Assembly: GCA_963755595.1 (NCBI GenBank)
Contig: CAVWKP010000024.1
Span: forward strand, 87,525-151,524
Direction: 5' to 3'
DNA length: 64,000 nt
Source: an uncultured Alphaproteobacteria bacterium
GTDB lineage: Bacteria > Pseudomonadota > Alphaproteobacteria > Reyranellales > Reyranellaceae
The position numbers and the translations under genes were made by a program. Positions within the stretch are counted from its first letter, which is position 1. Each line of letters begins with the position of its first letter. Of the stretch, positions 41,967 to 52,332 are shown one piece after another. Below the pieces are notes generated by a model. It had not been told where the DNA came from. It did not search any database and was given only the letters and a program-made list of their open reading frames with translations.

Positions 41967-43170
41967 TCATAGCGCCTTGATCGCCGCCTCGATGCGATCG
42001 AGGCCGCGGCTCAGCTGCTCGGCGCCCGAGGCGAAGCACAGGCGGATGTTGCCCTGCCCGCCGGCCGCGAAGGCCTCGCCGGGCGCCAGGCCGACCTTGT
42101 ATTCCTTTGCCAGCTTCTTGCAGAAGCTCATGGTGTCGGTCGACGCCGTCGATCGAGAAGAAATTGTAGAACGCCGCCTCCGGCCGCGCGATCTTCACGC
42201 GCGGCTGGGCCGACAGGCGCTGAAACACCAGCTCGCGCCCGGCACGGCAGCGGTCGACCATCTCGGCAATGAAGCCGTCGCCCTTCTGCAGCGCCGCCAC
42301 CGCGCCGCGCTGCAGGAAGGCCGGCACGCCCGACGTGTTGATCTGCACCAGCTTGGCGATCTGGTCGCCCAGTGCCGCCGGATGGGTGAGCCAGCCGATG
42401 CGCCAGCCGGTCATCGCCCACGGCTTGGAGAAGCTGTTGAGCACGATCAGCGGATCGTCCGGCCCGGCCAGCTCGAGGAACGACGGCGCCACCGGGCGCG
42501 TGTAGATCAGCCGCGCATAGACCTCGTCGGCCATGATCCAGATGCCGCGCTTCTTGGCGAAGTCGAGAATTGCGCGCTGTTCGTCCGAGGTCATCGTCCA
42601 TCCGGTGGGATTGCCCGGCGAATTGACGAAGATCGCGCGCGTGCGGCCGTCCACGGCGTCGAACACTTTCTGCACGTCGAGCTTCCAGCTGCCGTCCGGC
42701 TTGCGGTCGAGCGCCACGTACCTGGGCTCGCCGCGCACCAGCCTGGCCGCCGAGGTGATGTTCGGCCAGATCGGCGACACGATCACGATGTTGTCACCCG
42801 GATCGAGCAGCAGCTGGCAGCTGAGCAGGATCGCCTGCATGCCGCCGGTCGTTACAGAGATGCGGTCGACGGGACAGTCGATGCCGTACAGCCGGCCGGT
42901 GTAGGCCGACAGCGCCGCGCGCAGCTCGGGTAGGCCGCGCTGCCAGGTGTAGAACGTCTCGCCCGCCCGCAGGCCCTTGGCGGCGGCGTCGCGCACGAAA
43001 TCGGGGGTGACCAGGTCACCTTCGCCGAACCACAGGGGCACGACGTCGGGGTCGCCGAACACCGACATCGCGACCTCGGCGATGCCGGTTTCGCTGAGGT
43101 CGTGGGCGATCGGGCCGCTGAGGCTGGCGCTGAGGCCGGGCGGCAGGAAGCGTGCGGGCTCGGGTTGCAT
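41967..43170 (-). CDS. Class I/II PLP-dependent aminotransferase (3' frameshift)
   Basis: NSPGNPTG, ADEVY and SFSKPWAMTGWRIG. Confidence 0.88.
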
Positions 43171-43283
43171 GGCTCGGAGGTAGCGCATCGGCCGGTATTC
43201 CGCCAGCCGGGCGCGTCGGACTATTCTTGGCGGCGAGGCCAAGTCTGGCTAGAGCATAGTCCGAGGCGCCTGGGACAACGCGT

Positions 43284-43325
43284 TTCCAATTAAATGGAAC
43301 CGCAAGCGGTTCCATTTAATTGGAA
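43284..43325. repeat. Perfect 20-bp AT-rich inverted repeat
   Basis: TTCCAATTAAATGGAACCGC-AA-GCGGTTCCATTTAATTGGAA between divergent genes. Confidence 0.8.
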
Positions 43326-43363
43326 GCCGCACTATCGTTAAGGTTCCACCCTTGGAGGCTTCG

Positions 43364-43663
43364 ATGAAGCGCACCACCCTGGGACTGCTGATCGCCCTCT
43401 CCGTCGCCGGATGCGTGCACGGCTCGTCTCTGGAGCAGGTCCATGCCGGCATGAGTCGTGACGAGGTCGCCGCGCTGATGGGTCCAGCGGACCTCTCGAC
43501 CAGTACGCCCGGCCACGAATGCGCCTACTACACCGTGCTCAAGGACTTCTGGAGCCGCGTGCCGTGGGACATGTCGGATCGCTATTACGTCTGCTTCAGC
43601 GACGGCAAGGTCGATACCTTTGGCCGTGCCGACGGCCGTCCCGACACGCGGCAAACCGGCTGA
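43364..43663 (+). CDS. SmpA/OmlA (BamE-like) small lipoprotein
   Basis: Lipobox VAGC; GMSRDEVAALMGP; YYVCFSDGKV. Confidence 0.65.
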   Translation: MKRTTLGLLIALSVAGCVHGSSLEQVHAGMSRDEVAALMGPADLSTSTPGHECAYYTVLKDFWSRVPWDMSDRYYVCFSDGKVDTFGRADGRPDTRQTG

Positions 43664-43667
43664 CCAC

Positions 43668-44303
43668 GTGGGCGACGACTACCAGCGCCGCAGCTACGGC
43701 GCCATTCCGGTCGGCACCGGCGAGAAGCCCGGCATCGTCGTCGTCGATTTCCAGCTCGGCTTCACCGACCCGCAATATCCGCTGGGTGGCGCACCGCTGG
43801 TCATGCGCGCGGTCGAGAACACGGCACGGCTGCTCAAGGTGGCGCGCCGGCACGGCGTACCTGTAGCGGTTTGCAATACCGCCTACCTCAACGAGCGCGA
43901 GATGCCGTACTGGAAGATCACCGCCGTGCGCGAGACCTTCCTGCACAGCCATCCCAGCACCAGGCTCGATCCGCGCATCTACGAGCCGGACTACGACCTG
44001 CAGGTGACGAAGAAAGGCCCGTCGATCTTCTTCGAAACGGGCGTCGCCAACTACTTCACCAAGGAGCGGGTCGACACGGTGATCGTGACGGGCTGCAACA
44101 CATCGGGCTGCATCCGTGGCACCGCGCTGGACAGCTTCAGCCTGCGCTATCGCACGCTCGTGCCCGAAGACTGCGTCGGCGACATCGAGGAGCAGCCGCA
44201 TCGCGACAACCTGCGCGACATCGGCCGGCGCTACGTCGACGTGGTCGATCTCGCCTTCTGCACCGACTTTCTCGAGAGTTGGGCGCGTCGCAACAGCATG
44301 TGA
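43668..44303 (+). CDS. Isochorismatase family hydrolase (N-carbamoylsarcosine/maleamate amidase-like)
   Basis: VVDFQ, KKGPSIFFET and TGCNTSGCIR. Confidence 0.85.
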   Translation: MGDDYQRRSYGAIPVGTGEKPGIVVVDFQLGFTDPQYPLGGAPLVMRAVENTARLLKVARRHGVPVAVCNTAYLNEREMPYWKITAVRETFLHSHPSTRLDPRIYEPDYDLQVTKKGPSIFFETGVANYFTKERVDTVIVTGCNTSGCIRGTALDSFSLRYRTLVPEDCVGDIEEQPHRDNLRDIGRRYVDVVDLAFCTDFLESWARRNSM

Positions 44304-44310
44304 GGGCGAC

Positions 44311-44700
44311 ATGGGTCACCGGCAGGAAAAAGCCATCGGCGCCGCGATCGTGGCGATCTTCAGCGAGCGCAACAGCGGTACCCTGTGCTGCACCATCGAG
44401 ACGGTGAACGCCGAGGGCCAGGACGTGGCGATCCAGGTCATGCAGGACTCGATCAACATCGCGCCCTACCCGTTCGGCGAGGAGCCGCTGAGCCGCCTGG
44501 AACGGAACGGCGTCATGCGCGAACTCGGCGACCCCGAGCTCGAGCTGGTCGACTGGGACACCAACGTCCACGCCCAGGTCGGCACCGGAGCCCTCGATGC
44601 CCGCAAGGTGGCCGAGCTGGTCGATCTCACCTTCGTCAAGCTCCTGGCGTGCGACGACGCCAGCTACGCCATCACGGTATTGACCGAAGATCTGGCCTAG
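44311..44700 (+). CDS. Hypothetical protein
   Basis: GAGG RBS and host-like codon usage. Confidence 0.6.
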   Translation: MGHRQEKAIGAAIVAIFSERNSGTLCCTIETVNAEGQDVAIQVMQDSINIAPYPFGEEPLSRLERNGVMRELGDPELELVDWDTNVHAQVGTGALDARKVAELVDLTFVKLLACDDASYAITVLTEDLA

Positions 44701-44701
44701 T

Positions 44702-45511
44702 TCACTTCGAGGTCTCGACGAGCACGGCCTGCAGCGGAGTCGTCGTCGGGCCCTGCCCGCAACGCATGGCGATGGCCTCCGCCGCCGCGCGCGTCGCGGC
44801 ATCGAGGCCATCCTTGTCGAGCGCCTCTATCTCGCCGCGCATCGGCGTGCCCTGGCACAGCCCGATCGCGGCATCGAGCGCCGTCGACAGCTCGCCGCTC
44901 TGCTTGACGATCCGGGTCCGCACGACGGTGAACCCCGCCGCCTTCAAGTCGCCGCCGATCTCCGCGTGGTCGTGATAGCCGCAGGGTGTGCGTTCGAGGA
45001 ACCAGCTCTTCTGCTGCGGATAGCGGCGCGCCAGACCTTCCACGGCCGCGGCCATGACCGGGTTGGCCTCAATGCGGTCCCACACGCTGAACACCAGGTG
45101 ACCGCCCGGCTTCAGCACCCGCCGCGCCTCGCGATAGGCCTTGACCCGATCGGGAAAGAACATGGCCCCGAACTGGCAGACCACCGCATCGAACGAGGCG
45201 TCGGGAAACGGCAATGCCAGCGCGTCCGCCTGTTGCCATGTCACATGCTGCAGGCCCGGCTGGGCCGCAGCATGATCGAGCATCGGCTGGTTGAGGTCGG
45301 TCGCCACGATTTCGACGGCGGGCGGCAGGCGCGCGGCCAACTGGCGGGTGACGATGCCGGTGCCGGCGGCCGTCTCGAGCAGCCGCCCCGACGCAAGCGA
45401 GCGCACCCGCATTGCCATATCGGCCGCATAGGGCGCGAAAAGCAGCGCGCCCAGCTTCTGATCGTAGAATTGCGGGATCGATCCCGCGAAGACGGTGTCA
45501 CCTTGTGCCAC
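44702..45511 (-). CDS. Class I SAM-dependent methyltransferase
   Basis: LETAAGTG, TDLNQPML and FDAVVCQFGAMFF. Confidence 0.88.
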   Translation of the reverse strand: MAQGDTVFAGSIPQFYDQKLGALLFAPYAADMAMRVRSLASGRLLETAAGTGIVTRQLAARLPPAVEIVATDLNQPMLDHAAAQPGLQHVTWQQADALALPFPDASFDAVVCQFGAMFFPDRVKAYREARRVLKPGGHLVFSVWDRIEANPVMAAAVEGLARRYPQQKSWFLERTPCGYHDHAEIGGDLKAAGFTVVRTRIVKQSGELSTALDAAIGLCQGTPMRGEIEALDKDGLDAATRAAAEAIAMRCGQGPTTTPLQAVLVETSK

Positions 45512-45569
45512 GCTCTACCCCCGAAAGTGCCGGTGGCAGTGTGCGCGGCTTGCCCGCGCCCCGGCAATG

Positions 45570-46142
45570 TCAGAAGGATGACGCCTGAGGCCGGTCGAGG
45601 GCGGCGGAGAGGTCGGCGCAGGACCGCCGCGGCACGCCGATTGCGACCACTCTGCTGCCCTTGCGGAGGCAACCATTGCGCCACTCGCCGGAGAACACTT
45701 CGCCCGCGATATGGGCCGTGCCGAAGCCCTGCGGCACGCCATTGACGTAGTGCCCCTCGAAGCGGTCGGACGGGTTCCATTCATAGCGGCCGAAACCTTC
45801 GCGCCGATTGTTACGATAGGTGCCCTCAAAACGATCGATGCGCTGGCCGTGCTCGAACCATTGCAGCACGCCGCGCCCTTCCTTCTGCCCCTTGGGACAG
45901 GCGCCGCTCCAAGACACCGTGTCGTGCGGATCGGGATGCCAGTCCCACATCCGACAACCGAGTTCGGTATCGTACAGCCAGTTGCCGTTCTCGCAGGGCT
46001 CGACCCAGCTGATCTGAACGGAGTCGGGATCCTCCGACGGACAATCCACAGGTACCAGCGCGAGTTGCTGCGCGAATGCAGTCGCGCCAAACAGTTGCGT
46101 CAGCGCGAACAGCAGCACCGAGATGTAGATGGAAGAGCGCAT
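45570..46142 (-). CDS. Secreted MORN-repeat-like protein
   Basis: Signal peptide; WSGAC..G..EGRG, RFEGTY..EGFG and FEGHY..QGFG repeats. Confidence 0.7.
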   Translation of the reverse strand: MRSSIYISVLLFALTQLFGATAFAQQLALVPVDCPSEDPDSVQISWVEPCENGNWLYDTELGCRMWDWHPDPHDTVSWSGACPKGQKEGRGVLQWFEHGQRIDRFEGTYRNNRREGFGRYEWNPSDRFEGHYVNGVPQGFGTAHIAGEVFSGEWRNGCLRKGSRVVAIGVPRRSCADLSAALDRPQASSF

Positions 46143-46246
46143 TGCCCTCCGGCCCCCTCAAGCCGGCATGAAACAACAACGACGGCGCGGGCAAAAAGTT
46201 GCAGGCGTGATATGTCTTGCGACGTTCTGTTGATCAGGAGTCCGTG

Positions 46247-46813
46247 ATGGCAGTGCTGATCCTCGGCCTCGTTCTCTTTCTCGGTATTCACACTCTCACC
46301 ACCTTGCGCGAGCCGCGGGCGGCGTTGATCGGCCGGATCGGCGAGGGTCCCTATAAGGGACTTTACTCGGCCGTGTCGGCCATCGGGCTGGTACTGATCG
46401 TCTGGGGCTTCGCGCACTATCGCGACACTGCCTATGTACAGATCTGGGCACCGCCGGCGTGGCTGCATCCAGTGGTCCTGGTGCTGATGTGGTTCGCTTT
46501 CACCGCGCTTGCCGCCGCCTATTCCCCGGCCGGCTGGATAAAGGGCACGCTGCGCCATCCCATGCTGGTCGGCGTCAAGAGCTGGGCACTCGCTCACTTG
46601 CTGGCTAATGGCGATCTCGGCGCGCTGCTCCTGTTCGGCGCCTTCCTCGCCTGGGCGGTCTATGACCGTATCGCGGTGAAGCGGCGTGGAGATCTGGGGG
46701 CGCCGCGATCGGGCTTCACGACGGGCGACGCGATTGCGCTGGTCGTCGGCGGCGCCGCCTACGCCGCCATGTTCTGGCTGCATCCGAAGCTGATCGGCGT
46801 TCCGATCGGCTAG
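46247..46813 (+). CDS. NnrU family membrane protein
   Basis: LFLGIH, YKGLYS and RHPMLVGVKSWALAHLLANGD. Confidence 0.85.
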   Translation: MAVLILGLVLFLGIHTLTTLREPRAALIGRIGEGPYKGLYSAVSAIGLVLIVWGFAHYRDTAYVQIWAPPAWLHPVVLVLMWFAFTALAAAYSPAGWIKGTLRHPMLVGVKSWALAHLLANGDLGALLLFGAFLAWAVYDRIAVKRRGDLGAPRSGFTTGDAIALVVGGAAYAAMFWLHPKLIGVPIG

Positions 46814-46817
46814 ATCC

Positions 46818-47384
46818 CTAACGCTCCGGCCGGGCCTGCCAGGTGCGGACGAGTTCTCTGGCCTCGTCGATCTGCCGCGGCGTCATGCGCGCCGCGACGA
46901 AATCGCGGTTCGCCGTGGCACCGGCCAACGCGAACCACTTATAGGCCTGCACATAGTCGCGGTGGACGCCACGGCCGGTGGCGAACAGGATTCCGAGATT
47001 GCCTTGCGCGGCGATGTAACCCTGGTCGGCGGCGCGTCGATACCAGCTCGCCGCCGCCGGCTGCGCATCGTCGGCCGCCAAGCCCTGGCCCTGCTCGTAC
47101 ATGTGGGCGAGACTGTATTGCGCGTTGACCTGCCCCTGATCGGCCGCTTTGCGATACCACGCGGCGGCAGCGGCATAGTCGGTCGCCACGCCGCGGCCAA
47201 AGTCGTAGGCGGCACCCACCCAGAATTGCGCATTGGCATCGCCGGCGTCCGCCAGCGGCCGCCACAACCGCAATGCCGTCGCATAGTCGCCTTTCTGATA
47301 GGCGGCCTTTGCGTCCTCGAAGGGATCGGCCAGCGCGGGGCTTGTGATCGCGAGGCCCAGCACGATAAGAGCGAGCAGTCTCAC
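46818..47384 (-). CDS. Sel1/TPR repeat protein
   Basis: Repeated AQxxLG..Y..G.G...WYRKAADQG. Confidence 0.85.
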   Translation of the reverse strand: MRLLALIVLGLAITSPALADPFEDAKAAYQKGDYATALRLWRPLADAGDANAQFWVGAAYDFGRGVATDYAAAAAWYRKAADQGQVNAQYSLAHMYEQGQGLAADDAQPAAASWYRRAADQGYIAAQGNLGILFATGRGVHRDYVQAYKWFALAGATANRDFVAARMTPRQIDEARELVRTWQARPER

Positions 47385-47473
47385 AGCACCGGCGATCCTA
47401 TCAGGCCTTGTGCAACGCCTCCAGAGCCGCGGGCGTTTACTGGAGGTCCATCACGGACAAGGAGGGACTGTTT

Positions 47474-47800
47474 ATGAAACGCACGATCGTCACTCTCGCC
47501 ACGCTCCTGGCCGCGGCCGGCATCGCCAACGCCCAGACCACCTCGCCCAGCGCGCCCTCGACGACGACGCCACCGTCGGGCGGCTCGAGCACCACCATGC
47601 CCGGCAGCGCAGCCGGCGGCGCGGGCGCCATGAGCGCGACCGCCGTGAAGTCCAAGATCGAGGCCAGTGGCTACACCAATGTCACGGGCCTGAAGCAGGA
47701 CGCCACTGGCGGCTGGACGGCCAAGGCCACCAGCAAGGGTGGCCAGCAGGTCGCGGTATCGGTCGATACGAAGGGTATGGTGAAGGAAGCGCAGCAGTAG
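47474..47800 (+). CDS. Small secreted PepSY-like protein
   Basis: Signal peptide; KIEASGYTNVTGLKQD..GGW..VSVDTKG. Confidence 0.7.
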   Translation: MKRTIVTLATLLAAAGIANAQTTSPSAPSTTTPPSGGSSTTMPGSAAGGAGAMSATAVKSKIEASGYTNVTGLKQDATGGWTAKATSKGGQQVAVSVDTKGMVKEAQQ

Positions 47801-47823
47801 CGCGACGCACATCGAAGACAGCG

Positions 47824-47856
47824 GTCCCCTCTCCGCTTGACTGTGGAGAGGGGCAC
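47824..47856 (+). terminator. Probable intrinsic terminator hairpin
   Basis: CCCCTCTCCGC-TTGACT-GTGGAGAGGGG just after the stop at 47800, followed shortly by a T-run. Confidence 0.45.
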
Positions 47857-47863
47857 GCCCTTT

Positions 47864-48105
47864 TCAGTTGGCGGGCTTGATGTGGGCGTCCTGGATGACC
47901 TTGGCCCACTTCGGAATGTCGTCGAACCCGAATTCTGGACGCCGACCGGGACTACGCCGCTCATGATGTCGCTCAAGTTGGCGGGCGCCGCTTTGGCGAC
48001 CTTGTCGACGTCGATCGCGCCCGAGTTGCCGCTGGGCTAGCTGGTCTGGGCCGACGCCGGAGAGCGAGCGAGCGCCAGCAGGGCCGCGGCAGCCCATTGC
48101 ACCAT
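47864..48105 (-). pseudogene. Internally deleted Bug/TctC (tripartite tricarboxylate transporter) substrate-binding remnant
   Basis: A signal-peptide-like start, a GAI..DKVAKAAP fragment and the C-terminal KWAKVIQDAHIKP motif are compressed into ~240 bp with stops and shifts. Confidence 0.6.
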
Positions 48106-48208
48106 ACCGTGCATATTGTTTCCTCCCGGGCCGGGTCTAGCACATCACCCCTAGGCGGATGGCTGGAAATCCCCATAATGCGCCCGCTACCATAACAAGG
48201 AGGCAGCG

Positions 48209-49429
48209 TTGAAGACGAACAGGCGTGGATTTTTGGGAGGCGTGTCGACGGCCGCCATTCTATCGGCGTCAGGCACGGCCTGGGCGCAGAAGAAATACGA
48301 CGAAGGCGCAAGCGACACCGAGATCAAGATCGGCAACACCAATCCGTATAGCGGACCTGCCTCGGCCTACGCTGCCATCGGCAAGACCATCGACACGTAT
48401 TTCAAGAGCGTGAACGATGCCGGCGGCGTCAATGGCCGCAAGATCAAGTTCATCTCGCTCGATGACGGCTATTCGCCGCCCAAGACGGTCGAGCTGGTGC
48501 GCCAGATGGTCGAGCAGGACAAGATCTTCGCCCTGTTCCAGTCGCTGGGCACGCCGTGCAACACGGCGATCCACAAGTACATGAACACCAAGAAGGTGCC
48601 GCAGCTCTACGTCGCCACCGGCGCGTCGAAGTGGGGCGATCCCAAGAACTTCCCGTGGACCATGGGCTTCCAGCCCGACTACCACACTGAAGCGGTGATC
48701 TACGCCAAGCATATCCTGGCCAACGTCAAGGATGCCAAGATCGGCGTACTGCACCAGAACGACGACTACGGCCGCGATTATCTGGGAGGCTTCAAGGAAG
48801 GCCTCGGCAAGGAGGAAGGTCGCATCGTCAAGATCGTCACCTTCGAGGCCACCGATCCCACGGTCGACAGCCAGATCATCCAGCTCAAGGACTCCGGCGC
48901 CAACGTCTTCTTCAACGTCGCGGGCCCGAAGGCCGCTGCGCAGGGCATACGCAAGGCGGCCGACATCAGCTGGAAGCCGGCGCACTATCTCAACAATGTC
49001 TCGGCCTCGGTGGCGGCGGTGATGAAGCCTGCGGGCTTCGACAACGCCCAGGGCATCATCACGGCGGCCTACTTGATGGACGCCACCGACAAGCAGTGGG
49101 ACGACAACGAGGAGATGAAGGCGTGGCGCGCCTGGATGGACAAGAATATGCCACAGGCCAACAAGGCCGATGCCAACCACATCTACGGCTACGCGGTCGC
49201 CTTCCTGATGACCGAGACGCTGAAGCGTTGCGGCGACGAGCTGACGCGCGCCAATCTGATGAAGCAGGCCGCGAGTTTCCAGAAGTTCCGCGTCCCGCTG
49301 ATCCTGCCGGGCATCCTGGTCAACACCAGTCCGACGGATTTCTACCCACTGCAGGCGGTCCAGCTGCAACGCTTCAAGGGCGAGACCTGGGAGCTGTTCG
49401 GCGACGTCATGCACGCCGAGAGCAGCTGA
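48209..49429 (+). CDS. Branched-chain amino acid-type ABC substrate-binding protein
   Basis: Tat-like NRRGFL; IKIGNTNPYSGPASAY and GGVNGRKI..DDGYSP. Confidence 0.88.
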   Translation: MKTNRRGFLGGVSTAAILSASGTAWAQKKYDEGASDTEIKIGNTNPYSGPASAYAAIGKTIDTYFKSVNDAGGVNGRKIKFISLDDGYSPPKTVELVRQMVEQDKIFALFQSLGTPCNTAIHKYMNTKKVPQLYVATGASKWGDPKNFPWTMGFQPDYHTEAVIYAKHILANVKDAKIGVLHQNDDYGRDYLGGFKEGLGKEEGRIVKIVTFEATDPTVDSQIIQLKDSGANVFFNVAGPKAAAQGIRKAADISWKPAHYLNNVSASVAAVMKPAGFDNAQGIITAAYLMDATDKQWDDNEEMKAWRAWMDKNMPQANKADANHIYGYAVAFLMTETLKRCGDELTRANLMKQAASFQKFRVPLILPGILVNTSPTDFYPLQAVQLQRFKGETWELFGDVMHAESS

Positions 49430-49490
49430 ACGCTCTCACCGGCCATTGTGGAAAGCGCGGAGGAGACTCCGCGCTTTCCATTTTTTCGGC

Positions 49491-49910
49491 TCACGAAGCG
49501 GCTCTTGACCGCCCCGTGGAGGACGCCGCGCGCGCCAGCGGCCCGCCGGGCTGGCCGCTCAGCATCATCTCGATGGCGTCCTGCATCTCCTTGGGCTCGA
49601 ACGGCTTGGAGACCAGCGGCAGGTTGCGGAACTGCTGGGGCACCAGCGCCAGGTCGCTGTAGCCGGTGAGGAAGCAGAACGGAATGCCGCGCTGGGCCAG
49701 CACGACGCAGATCGGGAAACTGAAACGCCCGTCGAGATTGATGTCGAGGATGGCGCCGTCGATAGGCGCCTCGCGGGCATAGACCAAGCCGGTCTCCAGC
49801 CCGCATGCGGGGCCAATGGCTTCCATGCCGCAATCGGCGACGAAATCGCAAATCACCTGGGCGAAGAGGTAGTTGTCCTCGACGACCAGGATCTTCGAGC
49901 CAGCGTGCAT
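49491..49910 (-). CDS. Single-domain response regulator
   Basis: ILVVED, AILDINL, FLTGY and KPF. Confidence 0.85.
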   Translation of the reverse strand: MHAGSKILVVEDNYLFAQVICDFVADCGMEAIGPACGLETGLVYAREAPIDGAILDINLDGRFSFPICVVLAQRGIPFCFLTGYSDLALVPQQFRNLPLVSKPFEPKEMQDAIEMMLSGQPGGPLARAASSTGRSRAAS

Positions 49911-50111
49911 GTGACCCCCCTTCTATCGCGGCATTCCCCCCACGGCGCGTGACAAAATAAGAACGGGGTACGCCAGTGAACGTTGCCTGGAGCAACGACC
50001 GTTCGACCATATGCAATCAATCCTGCCGGCGTTGTGCCAGGCCGCATTGGCGTCCATGATGAGTTTTCCGCACTTGTCGCACGATCGTGGCAAAACGGAT
50101 CGGGAGCCGGC

Positions 50112-50312
50112 ATGGGCAGTTCATCTCGCTATCGCGTCAACATCACCCGCCGCGGGCCGCCGCCGCGGCCCTTCGGCTGGGAGATTTGCCGCTGCGACGA
50201 TGCCGCCGAAGTCGAGCGCTCGCGGGACACCTTTCGCGCCCGCTACGAGGCCATCGCCGATGGCGAGCGCGCAGCCCAAGAATTGGACGCCAAGCAAGAC
50301 GTCCCCACCTGA
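50112..50312 (+). CDS. Small hypothetical protein
   Basis: PFGWEICR...FRARYEAIADG; GGGAG RBS; TGATG coupling to the next gene. Confidence 0.55.
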   Translation: MGSSSRYRVNITRRGPPPRPFGWEICRCDDAAEVERSRDTFRARYEAIADGERAAQELDAKQDVPT

Positions 50313-50617
50313 TGCGCCATCTCGGCGTCCTGCGCGGCAGCGGCATGCTCGAAGGCGGCGGCCAGCCGCTCGGTCGGGCCGACTATGAATTCGACGGCTA
50401 TCTGGTGCAGCCGGGCGAGATCGTGGCCTCGGGCGAGGTGCGCATGGCGGCCGACGCCCTGGGCAATGCTTTCGGCCGCAATGATCTCAGCCTGCGCACC
50501 GACGACGGCCGCGTCCTGTCGCTGCGCTTCAGCGGCAAGCGGTTGGCTGCCGAAAGCGCCGTTGCGCATGCCGACGTGCGCGGCGACCTGCCCGATGCCA
50601 AGGATTGGCGGCGCTGA
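50312..50617 (+). CDS. Hypothetical protein (paralog of 59253-59561)
   Basis: GRADYEFDGY, VASGEVRM and NAFGRNDLSLRTDDGR...RFSGKRL. Confidence 0.7.
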   Translation: MRHLGVLRGSGMLEGGGQPLGRADYEFDGYLVQPGEIVASGEVRMAADALGNAFGRNDLSLRTDDGRVLSLRFSGKRLAAESAVAHADVRGDLPDAKDWRR

Positions 50618-50632
50618 CGGCGCAGCGCCCAG

Positions 50633-51728
50633 TCACTCTGCAGCCTTGGCCGTCGCTTTGGCTCCCCACGACTTCACCACCGGCAGCACTTCCTTGGCGA
50701 ACAGCTTCAGCCCGCGCTCCGAGACCTCGTAGGGGGTGCCGCCGAAGCGGAACGCCACGTTCATCTCGAAGTCGCCCAAGAGCTTCCGCCGCGCCTCGAG
50801 CCCGCGCAGGATCTTGTCGGGCGTGCCCCAGCTTGCCGCCTGCATGAAGCCCGCCACCGCGCCCTCAAGCCCGCCCTTGCGGGCGATCTCGGCCTTCTGC
50901 TGGTAGGCGTCGTAGCCCTTCACCGTCTTGAAGTGCTCGCCCAGGAATTCGTAGTGATGGAAGTTGCTCTCGACGAACTTGCCCTGATAGCGGCGCGCCT
51001 CCTCCTCGGTCGCGGCGAGGTCGCTGCCGCAGACGCAGAACTCGGTCAGCATGACCCGGGGCGGCTCGGTGCCATGATACTTGCGGTGCAGCTCCCGCCC
51101 CTTCTCGATCATCGGGGCCCGCATCTCCCACGGCCGGTCGGCGAACATCACCTGGTGGGCGCCGAGCTTGGCCGCCGAATGGATCGAATCCTCGCTTGAG
51201 GCCACGGCATAGATCCGGCCGTCGAAGCTGTATTTCGGCCGAGGCCTGATCTCGATGCGCGGCTGCTTGTAGAACCGGCCATTGCCTTCCATGACGCCGG
51301 TGCGCAGCGCCTCGACGATCATCGGTGCCGCCTCGTCGAAGCGGGCGCGCAATTCGTCCATGGCGACGCGGAAGGCGCTGAACTCGCGCCGCGCCAGCCC
51401 GCGGCCCATGCCGAAGCGCAGCCGGCCGCCGCTCACCATGTCGAGCACGGCGGCGTTCTCGGCGACGCGCAGCGGATCGTGCCAGGGCAGGATCACCGCC
51501 GCGGTGCCAAGATCGATATCCGGGCAGAGCGCTGTGAGGTGCATCATCAGCGCGAGGTTGTCGGGCACGAAGGAATAGTCGTTGAAGTGATGCTCGGCCG
51601 ACCACAGGCAGTCGAAGCCCGAAATCGGCGGCGATGCGGGCGAGCCGGATTTCCTCGTTCCACACGCGGTCGTCAGGGCAGTTCTCCCAGCCGTAGCTGG
51701 CGAACACCATCATCATGCCGACATCCAT
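50633..51728 (-). CDS. LLM-class flavin-dependent oxidoreductase (frameshift ~51620)
   Basis: FDCLWSAEHHF, LPWHDPLRVAE and SGGRLRFGMGRG. Confidence 0.85.
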
Positions 51729-51738
51729 CGGAGCCTCC

Positions 51739-52212
51739 CTACTCGGCCGCCTTCGCGTGAGCCATTCCTGCAGCCTGTTTTTGTTGCGCCTGCTGCTGCA
51801 TCTGCAGGACCTGCTCCCAGCCGCGGTAGCCGGTGAAGCTGTCCTTGTCGAAGAACAGCACCGGCCCGTCGCAGAAGAAGAGATATTCGGTGTCCTCCAG
51901 CGCCGTCGTGGCACCGTGCACCATGCCATTGGTCTCGTGCAGGAAGTCACCCGGACCGTAGGTGTTGTTGCGCACCTCGAGCTTGCCCGAGAGCACGAAG
52001 GCGAACGCGGCGCTCAGGTGTTTGTGCGGCGGCGCGACATAACCTTTCTTCCATTTTAGCAGCACCGCCCAGCGGCCCGATTCCTGGCCGACCCAGAGGA
52101 CCTTGGTCCAGGCCATGCCGGGCTTTGTCTCGATCCACGGGATCTCGGACGAGCGGGTGATGGAATCGGCCAGCTCGCTGTTGAGCGGACGGATATCCTG
52201 CGGCAGCGCCAT
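51739..52212 (-). CDS. Cupin (ChrR/2,4'-dihydroxyacetophenone dioxygenase-like)
   Basis: PPHKH...FVLSG...ETNGMVH. Confidence 0.75.
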   Translation of the reverse strand: MALPQDIRPLNSELADSITRSSEIPWIETKPGMAWTKVLWVGQESGRWAVLLKWKKGYVAPPHKHLSAAFAFVLSGKLEVRNNTYGPGDFLHETNGMVHGATTALEDTEYLFFCDGPVLFFDKDSFTGYRGWEQVLQMQQQAQQKQAAGMAHAKAAE

Positions 52213-52332
52213 GGCGGGGCCTCCTTTGACCTGTTGCGGCAATACTAGGCCCTTTCCCCGCCCACTTCACTTTGCCGCCGCCCTGCCAAGCCGCCGTGCG
52301 GCTCGGTTTTCCTTGTGGCAGGATGAACCGGC

